This document shows positions 34,975 to 49,000 of a stretch of DNA of 64,000 bases, piece after piece; the stretch's first letter is position 1; every line of letters starts with the position of its first letter. The stretch is from Geosiphon pyriformis uo1 (taxonomy: Eukaryota > Fungi > Glomeromycota). The stretch spans positions 1 to 64,000 of the forward strand of contig JAAOMT010000384.1 in assembly GCA_016748015.1 (NCBI GenBank). Reading direction: 5' to 3'. Below the pieces are notes generated by a model that was not told the origin of the DNA, did no database searches, and saw only the letters and a program-made list of their open reading frames with translations. Both the position numbers and the translations under genes were made by a program.

Positions 34975-37257
34975 AGAAATCAATTCTTTGTCTCCTTAAT
35001 TTTATGACTACAATCAGAGCAAAGAGTAAAAAAGCTGCACCTGATATTTGTCCTAAGATATCTAATAAAATTTCAACCAGAGAAGCTCTCTCTGTTGTAG
35101 AAGCAACTAGGCAAAATGTTTTAGAAGTCTTTTTTTTACCCAGTAATCGTGATAAGCTGTCTTTGATAGCCACTGAAGCAATTTCCTCATCTTTGACTGG
35201 TTTCTCATCAGTTAAAGTTCTCTCAAAGAGACACATTTGGGTTAGTCCCAGTGTTGCCTCCACCCCAACCAAGAGCCCAAAAGTTTTTAATAATAGACTA
35301 GTAAATAAGCTGGTTTTCCCCTTTATAGATTCAACACTTGATGCTGTTAGTACCACTTTTTCAAAAAAAATGGTCAAAAAGACCAAAAGTTCAGAAAAGT
35401 GGGAGCAGTTGCTTGTCTCTGCTATTGTTACACCAAACTCCTTTGTAGTTCCCAATGAGATCTTAGATGAGATCTCTATAGCATTATCTGGCACGTCATC
35501 CAAGATGGACCAAGATCAACTACTGGCTGTGTTGTCAAATGTGGTGTCTTCCGGCAGATCATTGCTGGTTTTAGAAGCAAAACAATTTCCTCCTGTTGAG
35601 TTACCTGTTCTTAGGAACTGGACTGATCAAATAGAAACTGATTTATCTTCTTTTCTAGTTTCTGGTGCTCCTTTTGGTGGTGCTTGAGAAACTATTACTA
35701 GTTGTCAAAGGTTTGCTGGATGGGTGGCCTCCACTTTGGTGCCTGGTGCTACTTTTAAGATCAAATTGGCTCATGTTAAGGCTGTTTTTCAGTTTGTACA
35801 TGGTTTTTTAGGTGCTAAATCTGTTTCTAAAGACAATGTGAAGCTTTTCTGTATGGAGTTTGCTTTTCAACAGTCTTTGGAAGCTGTGTTTCTGGTTGAG
35901 CTTACAAGCTTTATTCGTTTGACCACTTTCAAAATTGCCAAGTCTTTGGTGGTTTCTGAATCTGGTTCCTTTCCTGTTACTGTTGCACTGTGTGATATAC
36001 CTTTGGGTATATTAACTGCTGATATTAAGATGGCTCTTGATGTATTTGGTGGAGTTACCTGTGTTGTGTTGAAGCCTGCTGGTGTTTGGCAGTATGTGGT
36101 TGTTTACTTTAAGGAATTGGATGCTGCTACTGCTGCTCTCAATCATTAGTCAATTCTAGTGGGCAAAGATAGTGTTAGGATCCTTCTAGTTATTAATCAG
36201 AATGAGGCCATTCTGTCTTGCAATAGGTTTAAGGCCAAGTTGGTCAATCTTTCTTCTGGCTGCACAGCTTTTGAAATTAGTGATATGATTTCTTGAGTTG
36301 GTAAGCGAACATGCTTCATCCCTTGGTCTCCTGATTCTAGTTGTCATTCCTGGTTTGCTTTGATTACATTTGACTCTCAAGATAATTTGGATTCTGCTGT
36401 AGTCAAGACTGGTACTCTAAAGAAATGCTGTATCTGATAGGAAACTCCTGGCTGCTGGCACTGCTTTAGGTGTCAAGAAATAGGCCATCTGACTGCAGAT
36501 TGCAAGGTTTTCCTGTCTCCCATTCCCAAGGTTCCCAAGATTTTCAAGTCTCATTTTGTGAGTTCTGCTTTATATGCCAAGACTGCTGCTTCTTTTGGTC
36601 TTTCTGAGTTTCCTTCTTTGGTGGCTCCTTCAGCTGCTTCTGCTGCTGATCCTGCTGTTGGTTCTAGATTAGACTCTTTGAAAAAGCAGATTTCGGATTT
36701 GGCTGCTTTGGTTAAGTCTGTTGGTTTTTTGGTTGCTTTGGTGTCTTGTTTTTTTTATGATAATGCTGTTAAGACTGTTCAGGTCAAGAAAAATATTATT
36801 TCCATGAAGAGTACTGCTAACAATTTTGCTAACCTCATGATTAGAGTTTCTAAGGACATTGCTTGTCTTAGATTTAAGGTTGACTTTGGTGATATGGATT
36901 ATAATGGTATGCTGGCTGCTAAGCCTTCTTTTTTAAGTAAGGACACTATTGAGCATGTTATTGCTTTGTGACAAATGTCTGGTGCTGAAACCAGGAGCAA
37001 TATTGAATCTACTAAATTGTTTCTTAGTGAGTTTATTTTTGATTCTAGGAATCTGAATGGTATTATTGAGAGAATTTGTGAGTTGGAGTTATTTTTACTT
37101 ACTTTTGATTCAGCATAGTGAGTCTTTGATTGGGCCGAGTGTCTGATCACATGTAGAAAATGCATGATTTATGCCTATAATGTAATCTCTTCTGTGGTAT
37201 CATAGTTTTAGATAATATTTGGGTCTCACTCATTAAAATATAATAATAATAAAAAAA
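34975..37257 (+). mobile_element. ORF1-only non-autonomous LINE-like element, copy H2 (apparently full length, ~2.3 kb)
   Basis: Single frame from ATG 35004 to TAG 37118 (705 codons, broken only by point stops); CFRCQEIGHLTADC at 36462-36503; shared 3' terminus 37131-37236; A-rich tail; no ORF2. Confidence 0.92.
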
Positions 37258-37304
37258 TATTATATAATAATTAAAAAATTAGATATTTATAATTTTAAGA
37301 TTGA

Positions 37305-38255
37305 ATATTTTTTTTAAAATATTAATAAATAAGACTTATATATTATTTAATATTATATATCAAATTAAATAATCTAAAACCAAATATAAATTATGTACTT
37401 TTTATATATAATTAGTTATTTAAATCAATTAAAACAATATTATATTGTTATTTTTATTAAAATATTATAATTTACATAAAAAAAAATATATAAAATTTAT
37501 ATTAATTTTAAATAATATTAAATACCTTAATAATATTAAGTATTTTTATTATATTATCAAAAAATAAAATAACAAATCATTAATAATTAAAAATACAAAA
37601 CTATTACATAATACTAAATTTTTTTTTTATAATTATTTTATATTTAAATTTAATTAACCATATTATTATAATAAACAATATTTATATTAAATATAAAAGT
37701 AACAATTTTGCTGTTAATAACTTTAATTTTACTAAAAACAAACAAAATCTTATTATATTAATTCTTAAAAATAATATTTTTACATAAAACAATATATATT
37801 ATATTATTAAATACAAAAAAAAAACAGTAATCATAATATATAATAATAAAATATATGTTTTTAATAAAAATTTTTATTAAAAAACAAGTAAATTTAACAA
37901 ATTTACATAAATATTAGTATTTATTATATATATAAAAACATAATTCAAAAACTTAATCTTATTACAATAAAAATATTAAATATTAAAATATTTTTTGTTA
38001 TATATATGTTTTTAAACTATTATATAAAAACAACAATATAAGTTTTTATAAAATAAAAATATAAACCAATTATAAATTTACTTATAAACCCAAAAATTAT
38101 ATATTGATTAAAATATTATATTAAAAATATTTAAATTTAATTAATATTTTTAATTATAGTTTTATTAATTATATTATAATTAGATTTAACTTCTTAATAA
38201 ATATGGCAAATTATTTTAAAAATAAAATAAACAAAATATTAAGTGTTTTTAAAAA
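37305..38255 (-). mobile_element. Extremely decayed LINE 3' relic, tail-to-tail with H2
   Basis: Poly(T) at ~37308 and reverse-complement 3' terminus (…ATGTACTTTTTATATATAATTAGTTATTTAAATCAATTAAAACAATATTATA). Confidence 0.55.
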
Positions 38256-38261
38256 CTGTTT

Positions 38262-41200
38262 ATTTTATTTTACAAGTACAGTCCAACCACTATCTAGTAT
38301 ACAGATACAAAACAAGTAAATCAAACTAAATATGACTCATATATTTTCTACATATGACTGGTCATTTGGACCATTCAAAGTAGCACTATACACTGTTATC
38401 GGAGATTTTTGGTCTCTTTTCTGTAATGTTGTTGATACTTATTTGCTGTGAATTCACGTTTTTAGGAAGTAGTTGGACCTCCAGTAACTGAATTTATCTT
38501 TAAATTATCTCTTATAATTTGAATTTGCTGGGCTTATAAGTGGAATGGCCAATTCCGTGCCAGTTGCTTTATGTAGTTACGTTGTAGTAAACGTCAACTC
38601 TTTCCCAGGAATTGCTCGTTTGGAAGCTTACTAAAAATGTGTAGTTACTTTGCTGTGAAAGTCAACTCTTCTACAGGAATTTCATCTGTAGACTACCCTA
38701 ATTATTGTAATAAGAAAAGAAAAGAAAAATGAAAGAAATGTAAAAGAAATAGGATTTTATCAAGGGAAACGTTTTCTATCCAGGCCTGGAGTCACTAACA
38801 GTTTACTGAAATTGGTAGCTAATCAATTTCGAAATGTTAGTTGGTTTTTGGGGATTTTCCAAGGGCAATAATTAAAGAATTTGGTTTTTCAAGTTATTTG
38901 GTATTTATTTCTTTTTGTGTGTATAGAAATGGTTCTAAGTAATAAATCTAAAGTAAGATATATTTTCTCGAAGAGAGAAGCTCTTCTTTTATACAACTTG
39001 TTATAACACTATTCTATGAACTTGAACTTTGCTATTTTCTACAATTTCGCTGAACTAAAGATACATTTTGGCAAACTACAAGTTATTTCGGCAAACTATT
39101 AGATATTTCAGTGAACTATCAATTATTTCGGCAAATTTCTACAAATTTTGGCAAACTTTTGAATGTTATATAGTTTGGGGTATTGCATGATTGATCATTG
39201 CAATTAGGTTACATTTGTGTTGTGTACAATTTGGAATATTAATTAAATGATAATTTCGGACATTTTTGCTAATGTAATAAGTGATTATTTGAAACGATAA
39301 TATATGCTAATTAATGATAGAAATTATAAGATAATTTTATGCTAAATAATATCTCTAATTTTGTCTGGTAACAACACCTACCAAAACTTCTGCATTATTG
39401 TTTAAGCCAGAAAAAAACAAACATGGCTTGCATAAACCAAAATTGACAGCAAAAGACTTAACCAAATCAAGCAAATGAACCACTCCTTCCAACAGCAAAC
39501 AGGATTTGCCATGCAACAGATCAAACACCACACCCACATCACACACTAGACCAGATTTCTCCATTGAGACCCTAAACTTAGATTTTAGCATTTATAACTT
39601 ACTATAATGTTTATCAACTAGATAATAAACAAAGCTTATCACTACCTAATGAGTTTTTTTTATTTTTAAAATACAAAACTGCTTCCACCACCCAATCTTT
39701 AAGAACAAAACCTTTGCACAAGATTGTATAAACACTAATATTCAAAGAATCCAAAGACAGAGTACATAGCATCACTAATGAAGTTGGAAAGCATCCTCCA
39801 ACTAAAGATTTCCACAAACCAATGTGATCCAAGATAATGTCAGAATGCACAGAGGCATCTTTTACACAGGTAAAAGCATAATTAGGTAGCTCCATATCAC
39901 TACACATTAAGCACAAAACACCTAGATAATTTCTGTTATACAGTCTTTTGTAGACAGCCACTAATAATCTCTTAAGTATGGCCTTTATCAAATATGTTTG
40001 CAGTATGGCTAATTTCTTGTTAGTAAACTCAGCCAACATGTGAGAATTCAGATACCAAACTGAGGCAGTACAATTCCAATCAATGTGTTGAATGAAAAAG
40101 TTCTCTAAGACATTAACACTTAAAACCATCTCTTATAAGGCCCAGCAAACAATATGATAGACATTACAAACAAAATAGTGAATATTGTCTAAAATTACCT
40201 GACTGTTTACCATGAGAACCTTTTTGCAAACTTTGATAAGAAGAATGAAATGTAACCCAGCAGCTGTCCAGACAAAAGCATCAGCCTAATTATTACTCAC
40301 AACCCCTAAATGACTCTTAACTTTCACTCATCTTATAAAAATGTCTTTTGAATTAATTAAATTAGAAACATAATGTCTTTCTACTCAACACCTATTCTGA
40401 AAATTAGGCTGGCATAGATTACACTTCAACAAACATGCATTCAAAACTGCCTGGCTGTCTGTATGCAAAACTACAGAACAAGATGAGAAAACACATTTCA
40501 GAGCCAAAGCAATAACCTGCAATTCAAACAATGTCAAAGATAACAAGCCATTCACCCAAACATCCACACTAATGCCAACATCAGAAAGGTATACTGCTGT
40601 ACTACAAGAAACCTGTGAGGTCTTTAAACTTTTTAAGAAATCATTAGTGTAAACATTAATTGCCTCTTCCCATATTTTATGCAACTACTTATGTATCTCT
40701 ACAAATTTAGCAGAGGACAGAAAATTCAAACTGCCCAAATAAGCACTATTATTGAAAGACTCCACCAAAAAATTATTCATAAACTTAAATGCTTTGTCAA
40801 ACTAAAAAGGTACAAAACTCCTTAGACATAATCTCTTTCAATATTAGAAAGTTTTTCAGTCCATAACCAAACCACTTTTGTTCAGTAAAATGTCTCCAAA
40901 AGCAACACCAAACTACTTTAAAGAACAGACTATGTTAAAATAAAAAACATGTCCTAATATTTTGAACATCAGATAGCAGCCAGGTAAATGGAATGCATTA
41001 AGCAAATTATTAGCCAGAGACATCCTGGTGTCTAAAAAAATCCTTACAATACCAGCCAGAAAGTTATTCCTTAGATTGACTTTCAACTTGGCAGGAAATT
41101 GCAGAGAGTTCAGATGTGCCCACTCCAAAATCTGTAAATCTAAAACACAGTACTCAAAAAACTGGTCAAGAATACCAGAAGTATTAGAAAATACAACAAC

Positions 41201-44200
41201 TGAAGCCACTTTGAACTTAGCCTGAATCTGTTCAAAAGATTTCAAACCATACAAAAATGGGTGGTACAAAGCCTCATTAGGGAAGTTTCTTGACAGATTG
41301 GGTTTAGACTTAAGTCTTTTTCTTATTAAAACATTCTATTTGCGACATACACTCTTGAACACAAAGCTAAACTGTGTATGATAACTGATAATAGATTGCA
41401 AAACTGCCAAAACCAGATAAGAGAACTGCTTATTTGACACTAACTTTCTGAAAACTATATTCAAAAAGAATCTGACATCTGAGTAAGTCTTGACAAGACT
41501 CAGTTTAGATAAACCCTTTTTTGATAAAAAAATACCCAGATATCAGTGAGATTTTCTATGCTTGGCAATAGAAATAAGTTGACCACTAATATACAAAAAA
41601 GCATCAGCAACTCTCTGATTGATAGAAATAATTACCATTTTGTTATTATTAATGAATATGTCATTAATACTAAAAAACTCATTAGCAATATCCAAAATAT
41701 ACTGAATTGAAGCCTAACTGTTCTCCACCCATATTGTATCATTCACAAAAGCACCAGCTGCGAAGAATGAGAATTTGTCTCCACCAGCCTCTACTCTCTC
41801 TGATCTTACCACAAAATTAGAGTTGATTCTGTATCCACACAAATATTCCTGTCTTTTGATCTTGCACAATAAAAGATCATAAAAAATCTTTCAAAAAAGA
41901 GGAGAAAAAACTTCACTCTGATCTAGCCCATCATGAATCCTGTAACCAACCAAGAAACCAAAGTCAGTTATTACCCTATTAAACCTGTTCTCATGAATAT
42001 TCCCAAAAAATCTAATGAACTTATTACACATTTTAATATGCTTTAAACTCAATTTTAAATGATGTCATCCAATTGAACCATAAGTTTTGTGCATGTTTTG
42101 CAAAACCAACCAGATTTCATGGTCTTTTTTAAAAGTATCTTCTACAATTGAATCAACAGCAAAAACTGGAGACTGAGTTGAAATATCCTTAAGAACTAAA
42201 AAGTTGTCACCACAAAGAATATTGTGCATGCTACAAATAGACAAAATCTGGTTTAATAGAATTTTAAACAAAATTTTTCTTGTAGTTTCAATTAAGGCAA
42301 TAAGCCAAGTATTAGTCAAAACACTCTCCTATTCCTAAGACTTGGAAATTATTGAAACCCATGTTTTCTTTCAGAAATCAGGTATATTACTAAGCTTTAA
42401 ACAAGAATTCAACAGATTCAGAAGACAAATTGTCATTTCATCACCACAATGCTTTTAAAGCTCATTTGGTATGCCAAAAAAACCAGCAGTTTTATTATCA
42501 AGCAACCCACCCAGCACTGCAACCAATTCCTCTAGACTGATGTCATTCATAACACTAGAAAAGGCATTGTTCTTTACATATTCCAAAAGTGCATATTGAT
42601 AAGCCTACTTATCAGGCAGAAAAGATAGGATCTTGCATTTTCTTGTTTAATTCATCATGATATTGTCAACTTCAGACTTTACCTTTTCAAGCTTTAGAAT
42701 CAAGTCATCACCAACCACCAAATGATTTAAAACAACTTTGTGAAAAGGTCACTTAAGAATACTTTTTATTATGCTCCCCTTATCTGAACTAAAATTCTTT
42801 ATATGTCTCTTAATTGTTTTTTTGATGACCATGTCTCTAGCTACTTCTGATTTATAGTACTTAAACTTTTTGTAACTTTTTTTGATCATTGACAATTGTT
42901 TGACAGTTTCCAATAAAATTGCATCATTCTGAACCATAAAGTCAATCATAAAAGTCTTTCCACTGTCTATGGTTTACCATTTTCTAAGAAGACACTCATA
43001 TTTAAGCCCATTATTCACTTTCAAGGTCTTAGTAACTTTGGCAACAAGCAAATCCAAACCAAAAAACTTTGATGAATGTTCAAACTTTTGCCAGTCAAAC
43101 TCATTGAACCACAGTTTGGAAAATACAATATCAACTGAATCCACTATTATCTTTTTTACACTTTTTTATATCTTATCCAAATTACTAAGAGCTTTAGCAT
43201 TGGCAAATTCATCCAACTCTTGTGAAATTTTACCTAAAACACTGTTCTTAAAGCAATCTTATTTAGCACTATCTGCATTGTTAAAATTGAACTTCCAATG
43301 GTTCTTGTTCACCTGTTTTCTAACATTATTAAGACATATATCCAACAGACCACTCAACCCAACTAAGACTAATACAGCTTTGTGGTCAGTATTAAAAAAT
43401 TCAGACACAGTCTCAACCTCATACACTGTAACAATTGAAACCAAACTTTTAGAGACAAAAATGTAATTAATAACTTTTTCAGATTTTTTAGAGTTATATC
43501 ATATAAGAATTTTGATCAAAGAATGGCCTTTAAATAAATTCACAAGGCCAATTTCTGAGCATCTATTAAAACTTGCACTTCTTTTGGTGCTATCCTTATT
43601 GAAATTGCCACCCAAAATGACAAAAAAGCTGGAATTAACCACTTTTAATATCATAAAATTAATGTCTGATGTCTGGGAGAATCACATACTAATAGAAACT
43701 CCAGTATACAAACCCAAAATAGAAACTGAGAGCTTGTTTTTAAACAATAAATACACCAATATCAATTGGCCAGAGATCTCCTCTACTTTTGAAATATGCC
43801 AAACCAATGAATTGTTCATGATAATTGCTATCTTAGCACCAAGAAATTCTTTGTTTAAACCAGAAAAGAATATTCTCATCTTATCAAACTTATTTATTAT
43901 TTATGGCCTAATACTAGACTTTAACTTTGTTTCTATAATAATTAAAATCATATTTTCTGAATTTTTATGCCAATAAATAATGTCTTCTTGTTTGGCAGAG
44001 ACATTGACACTTCAAATATTGCATGTGGCTATTTTCCATACTAACTTACTTATTGAGAAGAAGAGTTGACAAAAAAAACTGAACCAGCACACAATAAATC
44101 TAACTTTGCCAAAACTGAACCAACAGAGGCCTCAAGAGCCACCAATTTCAACTCCAAGCTACCAATTTTGGTAGTCAGTATTTTTGAACTACTCAGACCC

Positions 44201-45975
44201 AAAACTGAGATATTTACAGTAACCAAAGAAAGAGGCAGAGGCAGAATCTTCAAATTATCCAAAATCATGTCAAAAGCAGTGTTCAATTTAGTGGCCAATG
44301 GACAGATAGGGGCACAAGGGGGAGGAGAGACAGCCAAAGGCACCAATTCTATGTTACTAAGCTTGCAAATAATATCAGAAACCTGGTTGGCCAAAAGCTT
44401 TAAAAAGCATTCCAAAGAAGACAAATAAGCACTTAAAGGGGACTCATTCAACAAAACAGAAAGAGAGGTCCCATTAGAACCCAAGACATTAAATGAAAAA
44501 GCACCAGAACCAGAACCAGCAAATGAATCATGAGAAACAGATACCACCAAAACCACTTGAGCCCATAATTTGCCACCAAAAGCAGTAGAGCAAGCAATAG
44601 AAACATTTTTCTTGACATACAATCTTGCCAGCTAAAAATGAATTTTATCAGAAGAAGACCTTTTAAATGAGTTTGAGATGTTGGAGATAAGTGCAGTCAG
44701 TACATCATATTTTAAAGCAGAGTGACCAAAATTTCTATATTTGCCACATCAAACTAGATCCAATCTTGTCCAAAAGAGTTTGACACCACTCAAAATTAGC
44801 TCCATGTGAAAAGCAGACTTCAATCCCACATTAGATTCAAAACCAACAACAGCACAACAAAATCTAGTGCCAGTATCTAATAACCAATTTATGATACAGG
44901 TTTTTCTACCAGCCATGTCCAATAAAGCGTTATTTTTACAGGTAAAGTAAACAGCAATGCCCTGAACCAATCTTTGGATGCCCAAGTTTTATAATCTCTC
45001 ATGGCCATGACTACACACACAGAATTTTTTTTGATTAGAAATGACTACTTTGAGACAAGCTGCTTAGTCTAACCCAATTTGGTGAATTTCACCACAGTCT
45101 TTTACTATATTCTAATCAGTTGAATTTTGATTGACTTAATATTACCAAACTTAAAAACTATGGTGACAATCATTTCTTTAGGTGTATTCATAAAAATTTT
45201 CTTAATAACAATAGCCCAATCTAAACAAATTTCTTGTTTCTTAAGATTGCTATTTACATTGATCTCTTTTTCTCTGGCCAATGATGCAGTCTTAATCATG
45301 TTTTTTCTCAAAAGTAAATGTTAATTGGATGATCCTCTCAAATTTTGAGAGAGTAGTGGCTCCCCCAAAACCATTGATTGAAGAAAAAACTTTTCTAATG
45401 AATTGAGTCTTTGTTGTCACTAATTTTCCTTCTACAGCACTAAGATTGATATTAACTTACTTCCTGTTAAGAGAGATTTTAAGAGGAGGAGGGAGAAGCC
45501 TATTATCTTCATCTATACCATAATCAATTAAGCCAAGAAGAGAGCCACAAACCAGATCAGTATTTACTTTTTTAGCTTTAAGAGTATTTACTGCCGAATT
45601 AAAAAGAGAATTATTGTCAATACCAAGAAAAACATCATCATTACTACTATCTCCAAATACACTGTTCATATCCGAATACACACCACTACTAGGACCAAGT
45701 TTGACTAAAGAGATATCCTTCTCATCTCCAAAATGCTTGACATTACCAATTGAAACTTTTTTCTTTTGAGAGAAAGTACCACCAATAAGACCATAAAAGA
45801 TATCTTTTAGAGCCTTTTTCTTAGACATACTACTACTTAAAGCAGTCTCCAGGTTTATCACAAAAAGATTATTGGCTTGAGAAATGTTGAAGATAATGAA
45901 ACAAGTAAGATAAAAAAATAAAAACTTTTTTTTCTAAAATTTGCTCTTTGGGGAATTTGGACAAAGGAAAAAAAC
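38262..45975 (-). mobile_element. Full-length LINE L4 (ORF1 type 2), moderately decayed, interrupted by solo LTR B
   Basis: Minus-strand ORF1 fragments 45861, 45311, 44985 and 44622; ORF2 fragments 43879 to 39355; 3' terminus 38262-38393. Confidence 0.93.
38394..39373 (-). mobile_element. Solo LTR B (980 bp)
   Basis: TGTTATCGGA...TCTGGTAACA; TSD ACAC at 38390-38393 and 39374-39377; removing it restores the L4 ORF2 end VLVGV*; reverse complement of solo LTR C. Confidence 0.92.
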
Positions 45976-46089
45976 TGTTTACTTTATTAATTTTAATATT
46001 TTTCTTTTAAACATTAATAAAAAGCAATTAAATTGAACAAAAAATAAAATTAACAAATTTATTAACTTTTTTATTATTTAAAGCACTTA

Positions 46090-49000
46090 AATAGCCATCT
46101 CAAGAATAGTTTGGTTAGGATCAAAATGTGTAGCAAGTTTATCCAATTTTTTGGAGATATTCATAATGGTCATTGTTACCAGACAAAATTAGAGATATTA
46201 TTTAGCATGAAATTATCTTTATAATTCCTATTATTAATTAGCATATATTATTATTTCAAATTATCACTTATTACATTAGCAAAATGTCCGAAATTATTAT
46301 TTAATTAATAACCCAATTTGTACATAACACAAATGTAACCTAATTGCAATGATCAATTATGCAATACCCCGAAATATATAACATTCAAAAATTTGCCAAA
46401 ATTTGTAAAAATTCACTAAAATAATTAATAATTCACTGAAATATCTAATAGTTTGCAGAAATAACTTGTAGTTTGCCAAAATGTATCTTTAGTTTAGCAA
46501 AATTGTAGAAAAAAGCAAAGTTCAAGTTCATGGAATAGTGTTACAACAAGTTGTATAAAAGAAGAGCTTCTCTCTTTGAGAAAATATATCTTACTTTAGA
46601 TTTATTACTTAGAACCATTTCTATACACAAAAAGAAATAAATATCAAATAATTTGAAAAACCAAATTCTTTAATTATTGCACTTAGAAAATCCCCAAAAC
46701 CCAACTAATATTTTGAAATTGATTAGCTACCAATTTCAGTAAAACTGTTAGTGCCTCCAGACCTGGATAGAAAACGTTTCCCTTGACAGAATTCTATTTC
46801 TTTTACATTTTTTTGATTTTTTTTCTTTTATTTTTTTCTTATTATAATCATTAGAGTAGCCTACAAATGGGATTTTTGTAGAAGAGTTGATTTTCACAGC
46901 AAAGTAACTACACAATTTTAGTGAGCTTTCAGATGAGCAATTCCTGGGAAAGAGTTAACGTTTACTACAATGTAACTACACAAAGCAACTGGCACAGAAT
47001 TGGCCATTCCACTTATAAGCCCAGCAATTCAAATTATAGAAGATAATTTGAAGATAAAATTCAGTTATTGGAGGTTTAAACACTTTCCATAGTCATGAAT
47101 TAACAGCACTACAACAAACATACAAGAACTAAGAAGAGACCAAAAACCTTTGATAACATCATACCAACTGGGTTATGACCAATTTTGGGTTAATAAGTGG
47201 TTATCATGTGCATGATGGCTTGGACCAAGAGAAGGTTTTCTCACCTTTCTTTTGGCAGATATTTTATGATCCTCTTCTGTGTGAGATTAAGAGACAGGAA
47301 AGTGTATGTGGGTATAGGTTGAATTCTCATTTTGTTTCTAGAACTGGTCATGTGGAATCTCAAGCTGGATTAACTTCATTTCTTGCTGCTGGCACTTTTG
47401 TGGATGATATGATCTGAGTTGGTAGTAGTTAGGTGGCGACACAACATATTTTAGATGTTGTTAACAAATTTTTCAGAATTAATGACATTTCAATTAACAA
47501 TGATAAGACCATGACCATTCCTATCAACTGCTGAGTTGTGAATCTCTCTTTTTTGATAAGTGGAATGCCTATATCTGTGGCCAAAAAAGGGGAATTTCAT
47601 CAGTGTTTGGGTATCTTTTTGTCCACTAAGTGCCTTTTTAAACCCAGTCTTGCTAAAGCTCACTTGGACATCAAGTTTTTTGCTAATTTTGTGTTAAAAA
47701 AAGCCATCTCTAATAAACAATTTTTGTATTTGGTGTCTTCAGTCCTCCACCCTATTGTGAATTACAGAACTCAATTCAGCTTTGTTCTTCCTAGTATGTG
47801 TAACAAATAGAATACTATAATTCACAAGGGTTTGAAATTGAGATCTGGTCTGCCTTTGAATTTTTTCAATGATGCATTGCATTACCCCTTATTGTATGGC
47901 TTGAAAACTTTTGAACAAATCCAGGCTGAACACAAAGTGGTGTCTGTTGTTTGTTTTGCAAATTCGGTTGGTATTTTGGGTCATTTGTTTGCTCACAGAT
48001 CTCATGACTTGTAAGTTTTGTGTTGGTGTCTGATCCATCCACTGAGTTCCCTTACTCGTATTGGTGTTGGTACTTCTGATAATTTTTTGGCAGGTTTGGT
48101 TCATATATTTTATGATTATAATCTTTCTCTGAGTGGCATTGGAGCCAATGCTTTTTGTCTTCAGAAAGAGACTCCTATAGTATCTGTTCTTGGTAAGTCT
48201 AGATTTGTTAGATGTCTTCCGTCTCTTCTACTTGGGCAATCTTTAAATGTTGAAAGCAGTTGGACCCATGTGGGCTGGTTCCTGTCTGGTTTGATCTTTC
48301 AGTTTCTTTTATCAACATGGTGGCTCCCATTTCCATCACGTCTTCTGCTGTTAGTAAGGTTGCCTCTCGAAATGTCCTGGATTTGATTGATTTTGTTACG
48401 ATTTGCGATTGTCTGCTTGGTGTTGATACTAATAGTATTTCAGTTTATACTAATAGTTCTTTGGCTGGTTTGGGTACTGTTGGCATGTGGGCTGGTGCTG
48501 TCATTTTTTTTGATGGTGTTGATTTGGGTTTGGGTGTTGAAGTCTCTGGTTTGGTGTCTTCTACTATGATGGAGTTGCAGGCTATTGCTCTGGCTCTTGA
48601 GTGTGTTCCCCCCTCTAGTTCTGTTTATTTGTTCTCTGACAGTTAGGCGGCTTTAGATGCATGCAAATCTGAGCTGGGTCTGGTGGTTCCGAACTTTCGA
48701 AATCGATGCTAGTTAGAATACCATCACATTTACAACTTGATTCATAATAAAAATCTGAATATCTGTTGGTTTAAAGTCAAAGGACATTCTGGTGTTGTGG
48801 GTAATGAGTGTGCAGATGCTCTTGCTATGGCTGCTGCTATGTCTAAATATTCTCTTCCTTTGCGTGTGAATGTGTGCTATATTTTGGCAGGTGGTGTGGC
48901 TATTTCTGGGAATTCTAGACATTTTGTTCATGATATTTTCTGTTGTGTTTATTGAGCTCAATGGGAGATTGGTTCAGGTTCTAGGGTCTTGGTTACCAGT

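Noticed and set aside
38394-47158. LTRs B and C as ~1 kb terminal inverted repeats of a giant composite transposon carrying L4
   Set aside because: Each has its own distinct TSD (ACAC and TCAT) and interrupts a different LINE, so they are independent insertions
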